Origin: Propionibacteriaceae bacterium
GTDB lineage: Bacteria > Actinomycetota > Actinomycetes > Propionibacteriales > Propionibacteriaceae
Length of the DNA: 32,000 nt
Direction of reading: 5' to 3'
Assembly (NCBI GenBank): GCA_031256725.1
Contig: JAIRQE010000009.1
Location: 30,001 to 62,000 of the forward strand
The notes beneath the pieces are model-generated. The model was not told where the DNA came from. It was given only the letters and a program-made list of their open reading frames with translations, and searched no databases. Of this stretch, positions 24,170-32,000 are shown in pieces. The translations under genes were made by a program, and so were the position numbers. Within the stretch, counting starts at the first letter, position 1, and the number at the start of each line of letters is the position of its first letter.

Positions 24170-27100
24170 CGGGTCCTCCTTCGTGTCGGAACTCCATCTT
24201 CGTCTTCATCCCTACTCGTCAGCGGAGGTACAACAAAGATAATCAAGGCAGCCAAGAAAGCCAACTGTATCCATGCTGTCCACATGCGCGGAATGGTGTA
24301 GCTCAGGCGTATCTCTCCTGAGGCTCCGCCAAGAGTGTAGGCCGCTCTCCAGTCCCCTGATGTGGTTGGACGCAACTCCTGATCACCAACGAATACATGC
24401 AGGTTAGGATCAGATGGTTGAGCAAGAACAAGAGTGGTTCTCTTTCCGGGCGGTACCGGATCACGGGCACCAAGGTAGATCACTGGATCACCCTCAGTCA
24501 CCAAGGCCCTGCGTGTGGGTGAAAGCGAATCCGAAGTGACAGCCCAAATCTCAGTGTCACCACCGGTCGTCATCCTCTGAAAACCCGCAGTGGTGTCCAA
24601 GGCGATCACCGTATCAGCATTGGCGTTGAGCACCACGACGACACTCACACCTGCTGTAGCCAATTCCGCAGCTGCAGAATCATCAGCTCGCCCTTCCACG
24701 GCTCGTGCAACAATTTGCTCAAAGGTTTCTACGACACTGTCCACTTGGAGGGGACCACTCAGAATAGAGCCCTGCCCCCAGGTGGTCTGTCCCTCATACC
24801 TGAGGTTCCATGTTCGAGTAGCTCCATTGATGATGAGGGTACCCGTATCCAATTCCATTTCATTGTGGGCAAGATATTCAGGTACTTTCTTGCTGGGCCC
24901 ACGAACAACCTCGCTCATGCCCCCGTATGCACTCCATACCCCACCGAGAAGGAAGGCCACCACGATCAGCAGGGATACCAACGCAATCAGAGCCTGAGTG
25001 GCACCAAAATCCTTACCCTCAACCGAATTCAAGGTCTGGTCGATCCAGATGGCTACGGCGTACACAAGGAATGAGAAACCGACAAGCAGGAAGGCGCTGG
25101 GATCGGGTTGAACCCTAGTGATCTCCATAGGAAGACTGACCTGGGCAAACCACATGCCTACAGTGATACAGCCAGCGCCAATAAGGGCGAGCCAACGGCC
25201 CTTGGAATCCCGAATCATCACAACGATAACGCCAGCCCACAAAGCAGAGAACACAACCAAAGACAGCCATTGAGGTGGCGCGCCCACAACAAAGGGTCTC
25301 GCAAAGAACATCTCCCAGGTGAGAGGCTGGTCAGTCAACATCGCTTCGGGGGTCAGCAACAACCGAGAAGGATTAGCCACAAAATAGGGGATGGATTGTG
25401 CCCAGAATAGGAAAGGAAGTACCAAGGCAACCACAGTACGTACTAAGCGGGCTGTACCACCACGATTGAGAGCCACAATGATGGAGATCGCGATCACAGG
25501 TATCCAGAGCACAGGAGTGATCGCCACAATCACAAGTCCAGCCAAAGAGATCCCAGCAAGGGTTTGCAAGGTGCGGGCACCCATCCATGGTTGAGGTATC
25601 CGTGAAATCCATTCAGCCATGAAAGGCAGGATCACAGCAAGGAGTACCAACCACAGAGCACCGCGGTTGAGTCCACCCATGAGGACTGGCACCAGAGCAT
25701 AACCACCAGCAGCAAGCCATCGTAACCCAGAATGTTCAATCCTTCGCCGGGCGAACCACACAGCAACACCCATGGTGATTGGGAAATAGGTCAACAGAGC
25801 AAAAACGGGGAACCACTGCGGATGCAGGGCAACTGCAGCTGTAGCAGCACTCACAAGAAGCCAGGGTTCACCAAGTCCGGACAGTGCGTACTGGAAACCC
25901 TGCATCAAAGAATCTGGGGTACCCAACAGCCCTGGGGCCGTCACCATTCCCCCTTGGTACAGATGCCTCCCCATGATGAGGATCCCAGCAACAAGGGCTG
26001 ACATCCATACCCCTATAGGAATCCGCTTGCGCCCCTCGCCAAGTCGTCTCGTGAACTCATCACCCAACAGGTCATCAAGAGTTATCTCGGCTTCATTATT
26101 GGAGGACCATTGGCCCTGGACCCAGGAGACCAGGGATTGGAATCCATCATCCACAACGCTACCCAGGGTTGGACGCAAGGATCGAACCCTGTGAACAGTG
26201 TTTGATCCATGAGAAACCCTCTTGATGATCTCTCTGAGGCGTTTCACAGGTTTTCGGCTGCGGAAGATGAAGTCTGACCACGCTTGGAGTTCATCCTTGG
26301 CCCGATCAGGCACCCTTCCAAGAACATAGACGAGGGCTGAGAATAGACATACGAAGGTCAGTTGGACAAGAATCCCGATCCGAGCGAAGCCTCTAGCATG
26401 TGCCGCGACGAGTCTGAGTCCCATGAGACGATCCCATGCCGCCTCGCTTCGAGCGGCACGACGGGCAATAGTTGACTCCCGGATCTCCGAACGCCCCACT
26501 TGTCGGTGAACGATTCTGGCCTTGGGACAGGTGAGTACCCATTCACCGATCAGGTGGGCACGCCATCCCAGGTCAACACCATCACGATAGGCCGAGATAC
26601 AACGATCAAAGCCGCCAAGACGAATGAGGGAATCCCATTTGATGAGCATCCCACAGGTCGAACCACCCAAAACCGGAGAGGATTCATATTGGCCCTGAGC
26701 GACCTCATCGGGCTCAAGACCGAGGGCTCGACGCCCTGATGCAGTGATGGATGCCCCGACTTCAAGGGTACGAGCGGCATGATTACGCCGTGAAGGCCTC
26801 ACCAGCAGAGGTACAGCGATAGCCAGTCGTGGGGTACGTGCGGCAAGCTGAAGAAGTTCTGTGAGCGCGTTTTGATCTGGTACAGCATCATCATGAAGCA
26901 TCCAGATCCACTGAGTGGGTCGACCGATCACCGACAATGCCAATTCGACTGCCTGACCAAAAGAAGCATTGGCTTTGCCATCAATCACATGGTCAATGAG
27001 TCCCGCTCCGCGAGCGGCCTCCAACAACTCAGTGGTGTCATCAGTGGATTCGTTATCAACTGCGATGATGATCTCTGGACGACGATCTAGTTGCCCGATT

Positions 27101-27231
27101 CCAGCAAGAGTGGCATTAAGCCAGGATGCTGCATTACGACACACAAGGACAGCGGTAACAGTGTGACCGCTGAGATCGACATCGCTGAGTTCAGGAGCAT
27201 CAAACCAGCTCCAATCGTCGGTATGAGACAT
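24166..27231 (-). CDS. Family-2 glycosyltransferase fused to a large polytopic membrane domain
   Basis: The protein is 1021 aa. The N-terminal GT-A features are 'VTAVLVCRNAASWL', 'AVDNESTDDT' and 'MLHDDAVP' (DxD-type). From about aa 280 onward there are more than 10 hydrophobic helices, followed by a soluble C-terminal region and a final TM helix. Confidence 0.85.
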   Translation of the reverse strand: MSHTDDWSWFDAPELSDVDLSGHTVTAVLVCRNAASWLNATLAGIGQLDRRPEIIIAVDNESTDDTTELLEAARGAGLIDHVIDGKANASFGQAVELALSVIGRPTQWIWMLHDDAVPDQNALTELLQLAARTPRLAIAVPLLVRPSRRNHAARTLEVGASITASGRRALGLEPDEVAQGQYESSPVLGGSTCGMLIKWDSLIRLGGFDRCISAYRDGVDLGWRAHLIGEWVLTCPKARIVHRQVGRSEIRESTIARRAARSEAAWDRLMGLRLVAAHARGFARIGILVQLTFVCLFSALVYVLGRVPDRAKDELQAWSDFIFRSRKPVKRLREIIKRVSHGSNTVHRVRSLRPTLGSVVDDGFQSLVSWVQGQWSSNNEAEITLDDLLGDEFTRRLGEGRKRIPIGVWMSALVAGILIMGRHLYQGGMVTAPGLLGTPDSLMQGFQYALSGLGEPWLLVSAATAAVALHPQWFPVFALLTYFPITMGVAVWFARRRIEHSGLRWLAAGGYALVPVLMGGLNRGALWLVLLAVILPFMAEWISRIPQPWMGARTLQTLAGISLAGLVIVAITPVLWIPVIAISIIVALNRGGTARLVRTVVALVLPFLFWAQSIPYFVANPSRLLLTPEAMLTDQPLTWEMFFARPFVVGAPPQWLSLVVFSALWAGVIVVMIRDSKGRWLALIGAGCITVGMWFAQVSLPMEITRVQPDPSAFLLVGFSFLVYAVAIWIDQTLNSVEGKDFGATQALIALVSLLIVVAFLLGGVWSAYGGMSEVVRGPSKKVPEYLAHNEMELDTGTLIINGATRTWNLRYEGQTTWGQGSILSGPLQVDSVVETFEQIVARAVEGRADDSAAAELATAGVSVVVVLNANADTVIALDTTAGFQRMTTGGDTEIWAVTSDSLSPTRRALVTEGDPVIYLGARDPVPPGKRTTLVLAQPSDPNLHVFVGDQELRPTTSGDWRAAYTLGGASGEIRLSYTIPRMWTAWIQLAFLAALIIFVVPPLTSRDEDEDGVPTRRRTR

Positions 27232-27262
27232 AGGGCCTTTACATCAGTCAGTGGCGCGCTAG

Positions 27263-27520
27263 TCACGCCCGACGCTTAAGTTTACGCCTTTCGCGTTCAC
27301 TGAGGCCACCCCAGATACCGTACCTCTCGTCATTGGCGAGAGCGTATTCCAGGCATTCCTGCTTGACATCACACACTTTGCAGACACTCTTTGCCTCGCG
27401 AGTAGAACCACCTTTCTCTGGGAAAAAGGCCTCAGGATCGGTCTGCGCGCATAGCGCACTGGCTTGCCAGGAACTAGCGTCGTCGTCGACCGTTGTGATC
27501 AACGTGAGCATTTTCGACAT
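27263..27520 (-). CDS. whiB: WhiB-family [4Fe-4S] transcription regulator (WhiB/WhiB2/WhmD type)
   Basis: The protein is 85 aa. 'ALCAQTDPEAFFPEKGGSTREAKSVCKVCDVKQECLEYAL' supplies four Cys residues with the CxxC(x5)C pattern. It also has 'GIWGGLSERERRKLKRR'. Confidence 0.95.
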   Translation of the reverse strand: MSKMLTLITTVDDDASSWQASALCAQTDPEAFFPEKGGSTREAKSVCKVCDVKQECLEYALANDERYGIWGGLSERERRKLKRRA

Positions 27521-27557
27521 CTCAACCTTCTCATCCCAAAGTATGATCTAACACAAA

Positions 27558-27586
27558 ATTACACCAGTGTGACTTAGGTAAGTCAA
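27558..27586 (-). promoter_or_regulatory. Candidate sigma-70-type promoter of whiB, with an embedded palindrome
   Basis: On the minus strand, TTGACT (27586-27581), a 17-nt spacer and TGTAAT (27563-27558) lie about 37 nt upstream of the ATG. The palindrome GACTTA-GG-TAAGTC (27571-27584) spans the -35/spacer region. This is sequence pattern only. Confidence 0.4.
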
Positions 27587-27678
27587 CTCAGGGAGTATAT
27601 CTGTTCCACAGTGATGGACATGACGATGACCATTATCGGAGAGACTCCGGCAAGAAGAACCTTACTCATCACGTGATT

Positions 27679-28089
27679 TCAGGGGCGGGCCTCGCGTTCT
27701 TTCACCAAGTCAGAGGCCTTCATCCATCCGTACCCCTGGGCTTCCTTTGGCGCAGCGATGGGTAGAGTACCTTGATCACTTTCTCCGCCATCGCGAGAGG
27801 TGGAGGTACTAACGGGGTTACTATCATCGGCAACAGTGCTGGAATGGCCTAAAGACAGTGATTCACGCCGACCCTTCACCATCCTGACACCGAATGTAAT
27901 GACTAATGCCGCGACAACACACCCTGCACCGCTCAGGGGAAAAACTACATCAGTGGGAACCATCTGGGGTGAGATCTGATAAAGAACAACGAGAATGACC
28001 ACTGATACGAAAGCAGCCACTCCCAAGAAGATCAGAAACCAACCCGCGCGCTTGTACCCCACAGATGAGTTTTCACCCATAATTTTCAC
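27679..28089 (-). CDS. Small two-TM membrane protein (hypothetical)
   Basis: The protein is 136 aa with TM segments 'WFLIFLGVAAFVSVVILVVLY' and 'GAGCVVAALVITFGV'. The tail is polar. The start region overlaps the manC 3' end (an alternative ATG is at 28080). I recognised no family. Confidence 0.55.
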   Translation of the reverse strand: MKIMGENSSVGYKRAGWFLIFLGVAAFVSVVILVVLYQISPQMVPTDVVFPLSGAGCVVAALVITFGVRMVKGRRESLSLGHSSTVADDSNPVSTSTSRDGGESDQGTLPIAAPKEAQGYGWMKASDLVKEREARP

Positions 28090-29143
28090 CCAGTTCGTAA
28101 GCCAACTCCCTCAGTTCTTTCACTGATTCTGCATGACTCTTCGAACACACGAGTGTTATATCTCCCTCTTGGACAATAACAAGGTCATCGACACCACATA
28201 CGGCAATGAGTTTCCCATCACCACCACGATTCATAATGAGGTTTCCGTGAGCTTCCAGTGTGACGGCCAAGCCCTCAATCTTGTTTTCCCCACCCTCTAA
28301 GGCATCAGCCAGAGATGGGAATGATCCAATGTCAGCCCAGTGCCCCTCCAAAGCGACAACGAGTACTGATGCTGAAGTCTTCCCCTGGGTTGAGGGTTCC
28401 ATGACAGCGTAGTCCACAGAAGTCTTCTTCAACGTGGGATAAATCTCATCAATCCGATCAGGATTGGCTACTAGATCCTCAATGGAACTCAGTAGTTCAG
28501 GTTCAAGAATGCGGATCTGGTCAAGATAGGTCTCGGCCCTCCAGATGAACATTCCAGAGTTCCACAACCAGCCGCCACGGGAGACATAGTCCTTCGCTGT
28601 AGCGAGATCGGGCTTCTCTGCAAAGCGCTGTACTGTGAAAACGGTGGGATGGTCATCCAAGGCAGGCCCGCGATGGAGATACCCGTATCCAGTGTGTGGA
28701 CTCTGGGGTACGACGCCCAATGTTACGAGAGCTGTGGGATGTTCCCGAGCCGCAGAGAAAGCATCCTTAATCACGGAAATAAGGGCTGCCTGTGGAGTGA
28801 TGATGTGGTCAGCCCCCAAGACAGCCACGACCGCATCTGGATCACGTTGTGCGATGGTTGCTACCGACCATGTGACTGCTGCGCACGAGTCTCTTCCCTC
28901 AGGTTCACTGAGTTGATTCTCCTTAGGGAGATCCGGCAATTGCTCGGAAATGATCTGGGCGTAATCACGCCCTGCGCAAACAATGATGCGCGAAGGGTCA
29001 ACGAGTGCCTTCGCGCGGTCATAAGCTAGCTGAAGTAATGATCTGCCATCAATGAACGGCAGTAGTTGTTTTGGCATCCCACGGCGAGAAAGAGGCCACA
29101 GCCTCGTCCCCGATCCGCCGGCCATGATGACGACATAATCCAT
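28073..29143 (-). CDS. manC: Mannose-1-phosphate guanylyltransferase
   Basis: 'MDYVVIMAGGSGTRLWPLSRRGMPKQLL' is the nucleotidyltransferase G-loop, and 'GYGYL' is also present. Size is about 356 aa. The track start at 29185 lies inside a perfect hairpin and adds 14 atypical residues, so I chose the ATG at 29143. Confidence 0.88.
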   Translation of the reverse strand: MDYVVIMAGGSGTRLWPLSRRGMPKQLLPFIDGRSLLQLAYDRAKALVDPSRIIVCAGRDYAQIISEQLPDLPKENQLSEPEGRDSCAAVTWSVATIAQRDPDAVVAVLGADHIITPQAALISVIKDAFSAAREHPTALVTLGVVPQSPHTGYGYLHRGPALDDHPTVFTVQRFAEKPDLATAKDYVSRGGWLWNSGMFIWRAETYLDQIRILEPELLSSIEDLVANPDRIDEIYPTLKKTSVDYAVMEPSTQGKTSASVLVVALEGHWADIGSFPSLADALEGGENKIEGLAVTLEAHGNLIMNRGGDGKLIAVCGVDDLVIVQEGDITLVCSKSHAESVKELRELAYELGENYG

Positions 29144-29155
29144 AGAAACAAGTAT

Positions 29156-29185
29156 ATGTCTGGCCTGCCACCCCAGGCCAGACAT
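29156..29185 (-). terminator. Perfect 12-bp stem / 6-nt loop hairpin between the coiled-coil operon and manC (terminator or attenuator candidate)
   Basis: ATGTCTGGCCTG (29156-29167), loop CCACCC, then CAGGCCAGACAT (29174-29185). On the minus strand the hairpin is followed by ATACTTGTTTCT and then the manC ATG. The T-tract is weak. Confidence 0.45.
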
Positions 29186-29273
29186 ACACCCCTATGAGAA
29201 ATTGAGTTGCACACATCGGGGATTGGCAAGCCATCCCCTCATGTACGTGGTTTGAGAGACTCCTAAGGGACTC

Positions 29274-30230
29274 TCACTGCCAGTCGTCGCCTTCGCCCAG
29301 TTCTTCTTCAATGTCTTCCAAGAACTCGTCGGCATCATAGCCTGGGTTCACACCCATGGTGGCGAGCATCTGACGAACATTGCTGAGCTGGAGTGTGATA
29401 GCGTCACGACGCGCACTTGCAGCCTGGACTTCACGCTCGGACTCGCGACGTACTCTCTCTGCAGCAGCCTTAGCCTGCTTGAGAATATCGGAAGCCTCGT
29501 TGTTAGCATCCCTGATTGTGGTGTCGGCCTGCTCCTGAGCTTCTGCCTTGTAGCGCTCGGCCTCTTCCTGGATCGCGAACAGTGATTCCTCAGACCTCTG
29601 CATGGCCTCATCTTGGGCCTTCATCTGAGTAGCAAAATCCTTGGCGGCTTCGTCACGACGCTCTGCAAGAGTCTTCTCGAAGTCAGCAGCTGCGACAGCA
29701 GCGCGAGCACGCTGGTTTTCGTAAATAGCCTCGGCTTCTTCACGACGAGCCAATGCCTCACGGTCAGCCTGATCCAAGATCTCTTCGGCTTCGCGCTGAG
29801 CCTGACCAATGATTCGGGTGGCTTCGGTGTCTGCTTGGCTACGTACTTCTGCGGCATAGGCCTCTGCTTCTGTCCGTGTTTGCTCAGCGGCTGACTGTGT
29901 CTCAGCTGTCAGCTGGTCAGCTTCCCTCTTTGCAGAGGAGCGCACATCTTCGCTCTCGGCCTGAGCTAGACCCAGCATCTGGGAGATGCGAGAACCCAAG
30001 TCGTCGAAGGATGGAGCCTTGGGAGACTGGGCGACGCGATCCTCAAGATCAGCGGTGTACAGCGACATCTCATCAAGCTCCTGTTGGAGCTGATCGATGG
30101 TGGCATGCAACTCTGAGTCCCCACCTCCGGACCCACTGCGAGCAGCTTCAAGCTCTTGGGTCAAGCGCTCGAACTCGGCATTGACTTCCTCGGGATCATA
30201 TCCCCGACGGATCATCTGAAAATTGGGCAT
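29274..30230 (-). CDS. DivIVA-domain coiled-coil protein
   Basis: The N-terminal 'FQMIRRGYDPEEVNAEFERL' is the DivIVA N-terminal motif. The remaining ~280 aa are A/E/R/Q-rich and predicted coiled coil. Confidence 0.8.
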   Translation of the reverse strand: MPNFQMIRRGYDPEEVNAEFERLTQELEAARSGSGGGDSELHATIDQLQQELDEMSLYTADLEDRVAQSPKAPSFDDLGSRISQMLGLAQAESEDVRSSAKREADQLTAETQSAAEQTRTEAEAYAAEVRSQADTEATRIIGQAQREAEEILDQADREALARREEAEAIYENQRARAAVAAADFEKTLAERRDEAAKDFATQMKAQDEAMQRSEESLFAIQEEAERYKAEAQEQADTTIRDANNEASDILKQAKAAAERVRRESEREVQAASARRDAITLQLSNVRQMLATMGVNPGYDADEFLEDIEEELGEGDDWQ

Positions 30231-30257
30231 CTGTCCTCAATCTCTTTCTCGTAGTAG

Positions 30258-31553
30258 TTAGGTTCCGTCCGGATTCTCCGGCACGGCAAGAGCTTCAATA
30301 ACTCCTGACAATTGACCTAGCTGTGCAGCTATATTATCGCGACGGCGGGCCAACGTCGAAGCCTCCATGCGGGCACGTTCCATATACTCACGTACTTCAT
30401 TGCGAATTGCATCGGCATCCTGCCTTGCCTGTGCAACAACATCCATTGCCTCCTGGCGTGATCGTCCAGCCCGTTCAGCGACACTGCGCTGCAACTCTTC
30501 CATTTCTGCCATGGCGCGAGCACGCGCCTCGGCTGCCACACTCTCCTGGCGTGCAATACGATCCTCAGCCTGAGCTTTCAGTCTCATCGCATCCTCACGG
30601 GCACGAGTAAGTGCAGCGTCGCCCTCAATCCTAGCCTGAGTACGCATAGCCTCAGAATCGACCTGGGCTTTGTCCATAATTGCCTGAAATGTTTCATTAA
30701 GTTCTGAACGTTTACCCGAGACTTCAATGTCGGCTTCTCGACGTATGGCATTCGCCTCAGCCTGGGCTCCCTCAATAAGAGCTCTCATGGATTCCTGGGT
30801 GGTGGCCACCTGCTGGGAGACCCGATCAAGACGGGCTTTCGCCTGAGCACGACCCTCAGCAATGATGGATTCGAATTCCTCTTGAGCCTGACGACGTAGG
30901 TGCGATACCTCTTCTTCAGCATCAGCACGCGCAAGATCAATAGCGTTACAAGTGGTGTCCATCTCCATCTGCATGGCATCCCATAGACGTTGAAGCTCCT
31001 CTTCGACTCCGACCCATACCTGTGCAACCTCACGATCCAACTGCGCACGACGTTGCCGAGACTCATCATCAAGAGCCTTACGCATCGCAGTAATCTCATC
31101 CTCAACTGCAGCGCGATAGTCATTGATACGACCATAGGCATCAGACTCAAAATCAGAGACAACCGAGAAAACAGCTCGCTCACGTTCCTGGGCGCGGTTC
31201 TGAGCCTCAATCACCTCATGTCGAGCTCGATCAAGAACATCTTGTACAAAACCTTCAGCCTCTTTGGCTATACCACGGGCACGGTCAGCAGAATCTCGGA
31301 CAATAGTTTCCCCAGCTGTTTGGGCAAGATCAACAGCAGCTAGTACAACCGTTTCGGACTCGCGTCGACGTTGCTCAAGTAGTTGACTCGCTGAACGGTT
31401 CTCCTCCATGAGGGCTTCCCAACGGCTCTGCGCCTTCAGGAGCTCAGCTTCGGTTTCTTCTTTGAGTCGATCAGCAAGAATCTGAGCATGGGTGAGCATA
31501 TCCTGTGCACCCTGACGCTGCCCAGGGAAAGAAGGAGGTCTGGCAGCGCTCAT
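30258..31553 (-). CDS. Long A/E/R-rich coiled-coil protein (paralogue-like of the adjacent DivIVA-domain protein)
   Basis: The ORF track gives 30258..31565 with a GTG start that overlaps the SD. The ATG at 31553 has AAAGGAG 11 nt upstream. The composition is coiled coil throughout. The C-terminal 'LARRRDNIAAQLGQLSGVIEAL' parallels 'SARRDAITLQLSNVRQMLATM' in the neighbouring protein. Confidence 0.7.
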   Translation of the reverse strand: MSAARPPSFPGQRQGAQDMLTHAQILADRLKEETEAELLKAQSRWEALMEENRSASQLLEQRRRESETVVLAAVDLAQTAGETIVRDSADRARGIAKEAEGFVQDVLDRARHEVIEAQNRAQERERAVFSVVSDFESDAYGRINDYRAAVEDEITAMRKALDDESRQRRAQLDREVAQVWVGVEEELQRLWDAMQMEMDTTCNAIDLARADAEEEVSHLRRQAQEEFESIIAEGRAQAKARLDRVSQQVATTQESMRALIEGAQAEANAIRREADIEVSGKRSELNETFQAIMDKAQVDSEAMRTQARIEGDAALTRAREDAMRLKAQAEDRIARQESVAAEARARAMAEMEELQRSVAERAGRSRQEAMDVVAQARQDADAIRNEVREYMERARMEASTLARRRDNIAAQLGQLSGVIEALAVPENPDGT

Positions 31554-31773
31554 GAAAACCTGCACTCCTTTCCCATAGGTGAGGTCGAGCTAAGGACAAT
31601 CAACCATCTGCATCTGAGAAGGGAGCATTGTAAATATGCCCTCCCAGATCTGCGGTTATGCCACACTAACTATTCTTACTTGAGGATATACTACACATCC
31701 TTGACATAATTGCTAGGCAACCCCGATGGCGGTTTACACTTAGGTAATATCTGTAAGTCTCAACCCCACTGCT

Positions 31774-32000
31774 TTAGGCTATGTCACTGAAGATCGAACT
31801 CACAACTAGGGTCACCCACTCAATCAAATCAAGGTTCTTCACCAGTTGGCTGGGTAGACCTCCTGTCATGGGTGCAGGGATGAGAATGTACCCCTCAGGC
31901 TTAAAGATAGAACCGGGATAAAGCCTCGAAACACGAGCCCTGCGCGAATCTGGAAGTGGTGATTGCGGGGTGAATCGAATGAATTTCCCCTGAAGTACAA
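31774..32000 (-). CDS. 3' end of an unidentified gene truncated by the window edge
   Basis: I translated the minus strand by hand. An open frame runs from the window edge to a TAA at 31774-31776 and reads '...GKFIRFTPQSPLPDSRRARVSRLYPGSIFKPEGYILIPAPMTGGLPSQLVKNLDLIEWVTLVVSSIFSDIA*'. It is absent from the ORF track because it has no in-window start. I did not recognise the product. Confidence 0.4.
   Translation of the reverse strand, partial: VLQGKFIRFTPQSPLPDSRRARVSRLYPGSIFKPEGYILIPAPMTGGLPSQLVKNLDLIEWVTLVVSSIFSDIA

Noticed and set aside
29348-31343. Numerous overlapping ORFs occur in all frames across the two coiled-coil genes. Examples are 29613..29894 (+), 29876..30184 (+), 30785..31210 (-) and 30990..31343 (+).
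   Set aside because: The biased GC-rich codon composition (Ala/Glu/Arg/Gln) suppresses stop codons in other frames. Only the A/E/R-rich frames show a DivIVA motif or coiled-coil periodicity.
31620-31647. An imperfect palindrome GGGAGCAT-tgtaaat-ATGCCCTCCC in the intergenic region upstream of the 435-aa coiled-coil gene, which I considered as a terminator for the truncated upstream gene.
   Set aside because: The stem is only 8 bp with a 2-nt bulge, and no T-tract follows on the transcribed (minus) strand. The evidence is insufficient.
31780-31810. A 'GAGTTCGATC' string on the minus strand resembles a tRNA T-loop.
   Set aside because: The flanking bases do not form a T-stem (GTGAG versus TTCAG), no acceptor or anticodon arms can be drawn, and the string lies inside an open reading frame.
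1-32000. I looked for mobile elements, CRISPR arrays, toxin-antitoxin pairs and classical defence genes.
   Set aside because: I noticed no transposase, integrase or recombinase motifs, no regularly spaced direct repeats and no terminal inverted repeats flanking a gene block. The window reads as conserved chromosomal backbone, not an island.

Overview
The window looks like a chromosomal segment from an Actinomycetota-type genome. Evidence is a WhiB-family regulator, a DUF3499 protein, and gene order resembling M. tuberculosis Rv3256c-Rv3260c. All domain calls rest on motif recognition, not a database search. Almost all genes are on the minus strand. LEFT HALF (6-16245): one long, tightly overlapping minus-strand operon. 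In transcription order it encodes a giant secreted cadherin-like/FN3 protein, a MoxR AAA+ ATPase, a DUF58 protein, a polytopic transglutaminase-like protein, a zinc-ribbon FHA protein, a PP2C phosphatase, a second zinc-ribbon FHA protein, a Hanks Ser/Thr kinase with a transmembrane helix and ectodomain, and an FHA-like/HTH-like protein. This is my lead candidate for an uncharacterised system. Two of its exported or membrane components are broken by frameshifts. The giant gene is split exactly at an 11-nt G homopolymer (15685-15695), where removing one G restores a roughly 2,060-aa signal-peptide-bearing protein. The transglutaminase-like gene is split at 6617-6717, and all three catalytic-triad positions are substituted. 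MIDDLE (16246-18900): a 430-bp AT-rich divergent intergenic region carries a long inverted repeat built from TCAGGAC heptamers. It is followed by a small PLDc_N-like membrane protein, a lipoprotein, a CPBP intramembrane protease and a SprT-like protein. RIGHT HALF (18900-32000): housekeeping and cell-envelope genes. These are aroQ, an SIS-like protein, Trm112-like, phosphomannomutase, DUF3499, an Rv3259-like protein, DUF5719-like, a 1,021-aa GT2 with a polytopic membrane domain, whiB, a small membrane protein, manC, two paralogous A/E/R-rich coiled-coil (DivIVA-type) proteins, and a 3' gene fragment at the window edge. I found no rRNA, tRNA, CRISPR array, transposase or integrase.
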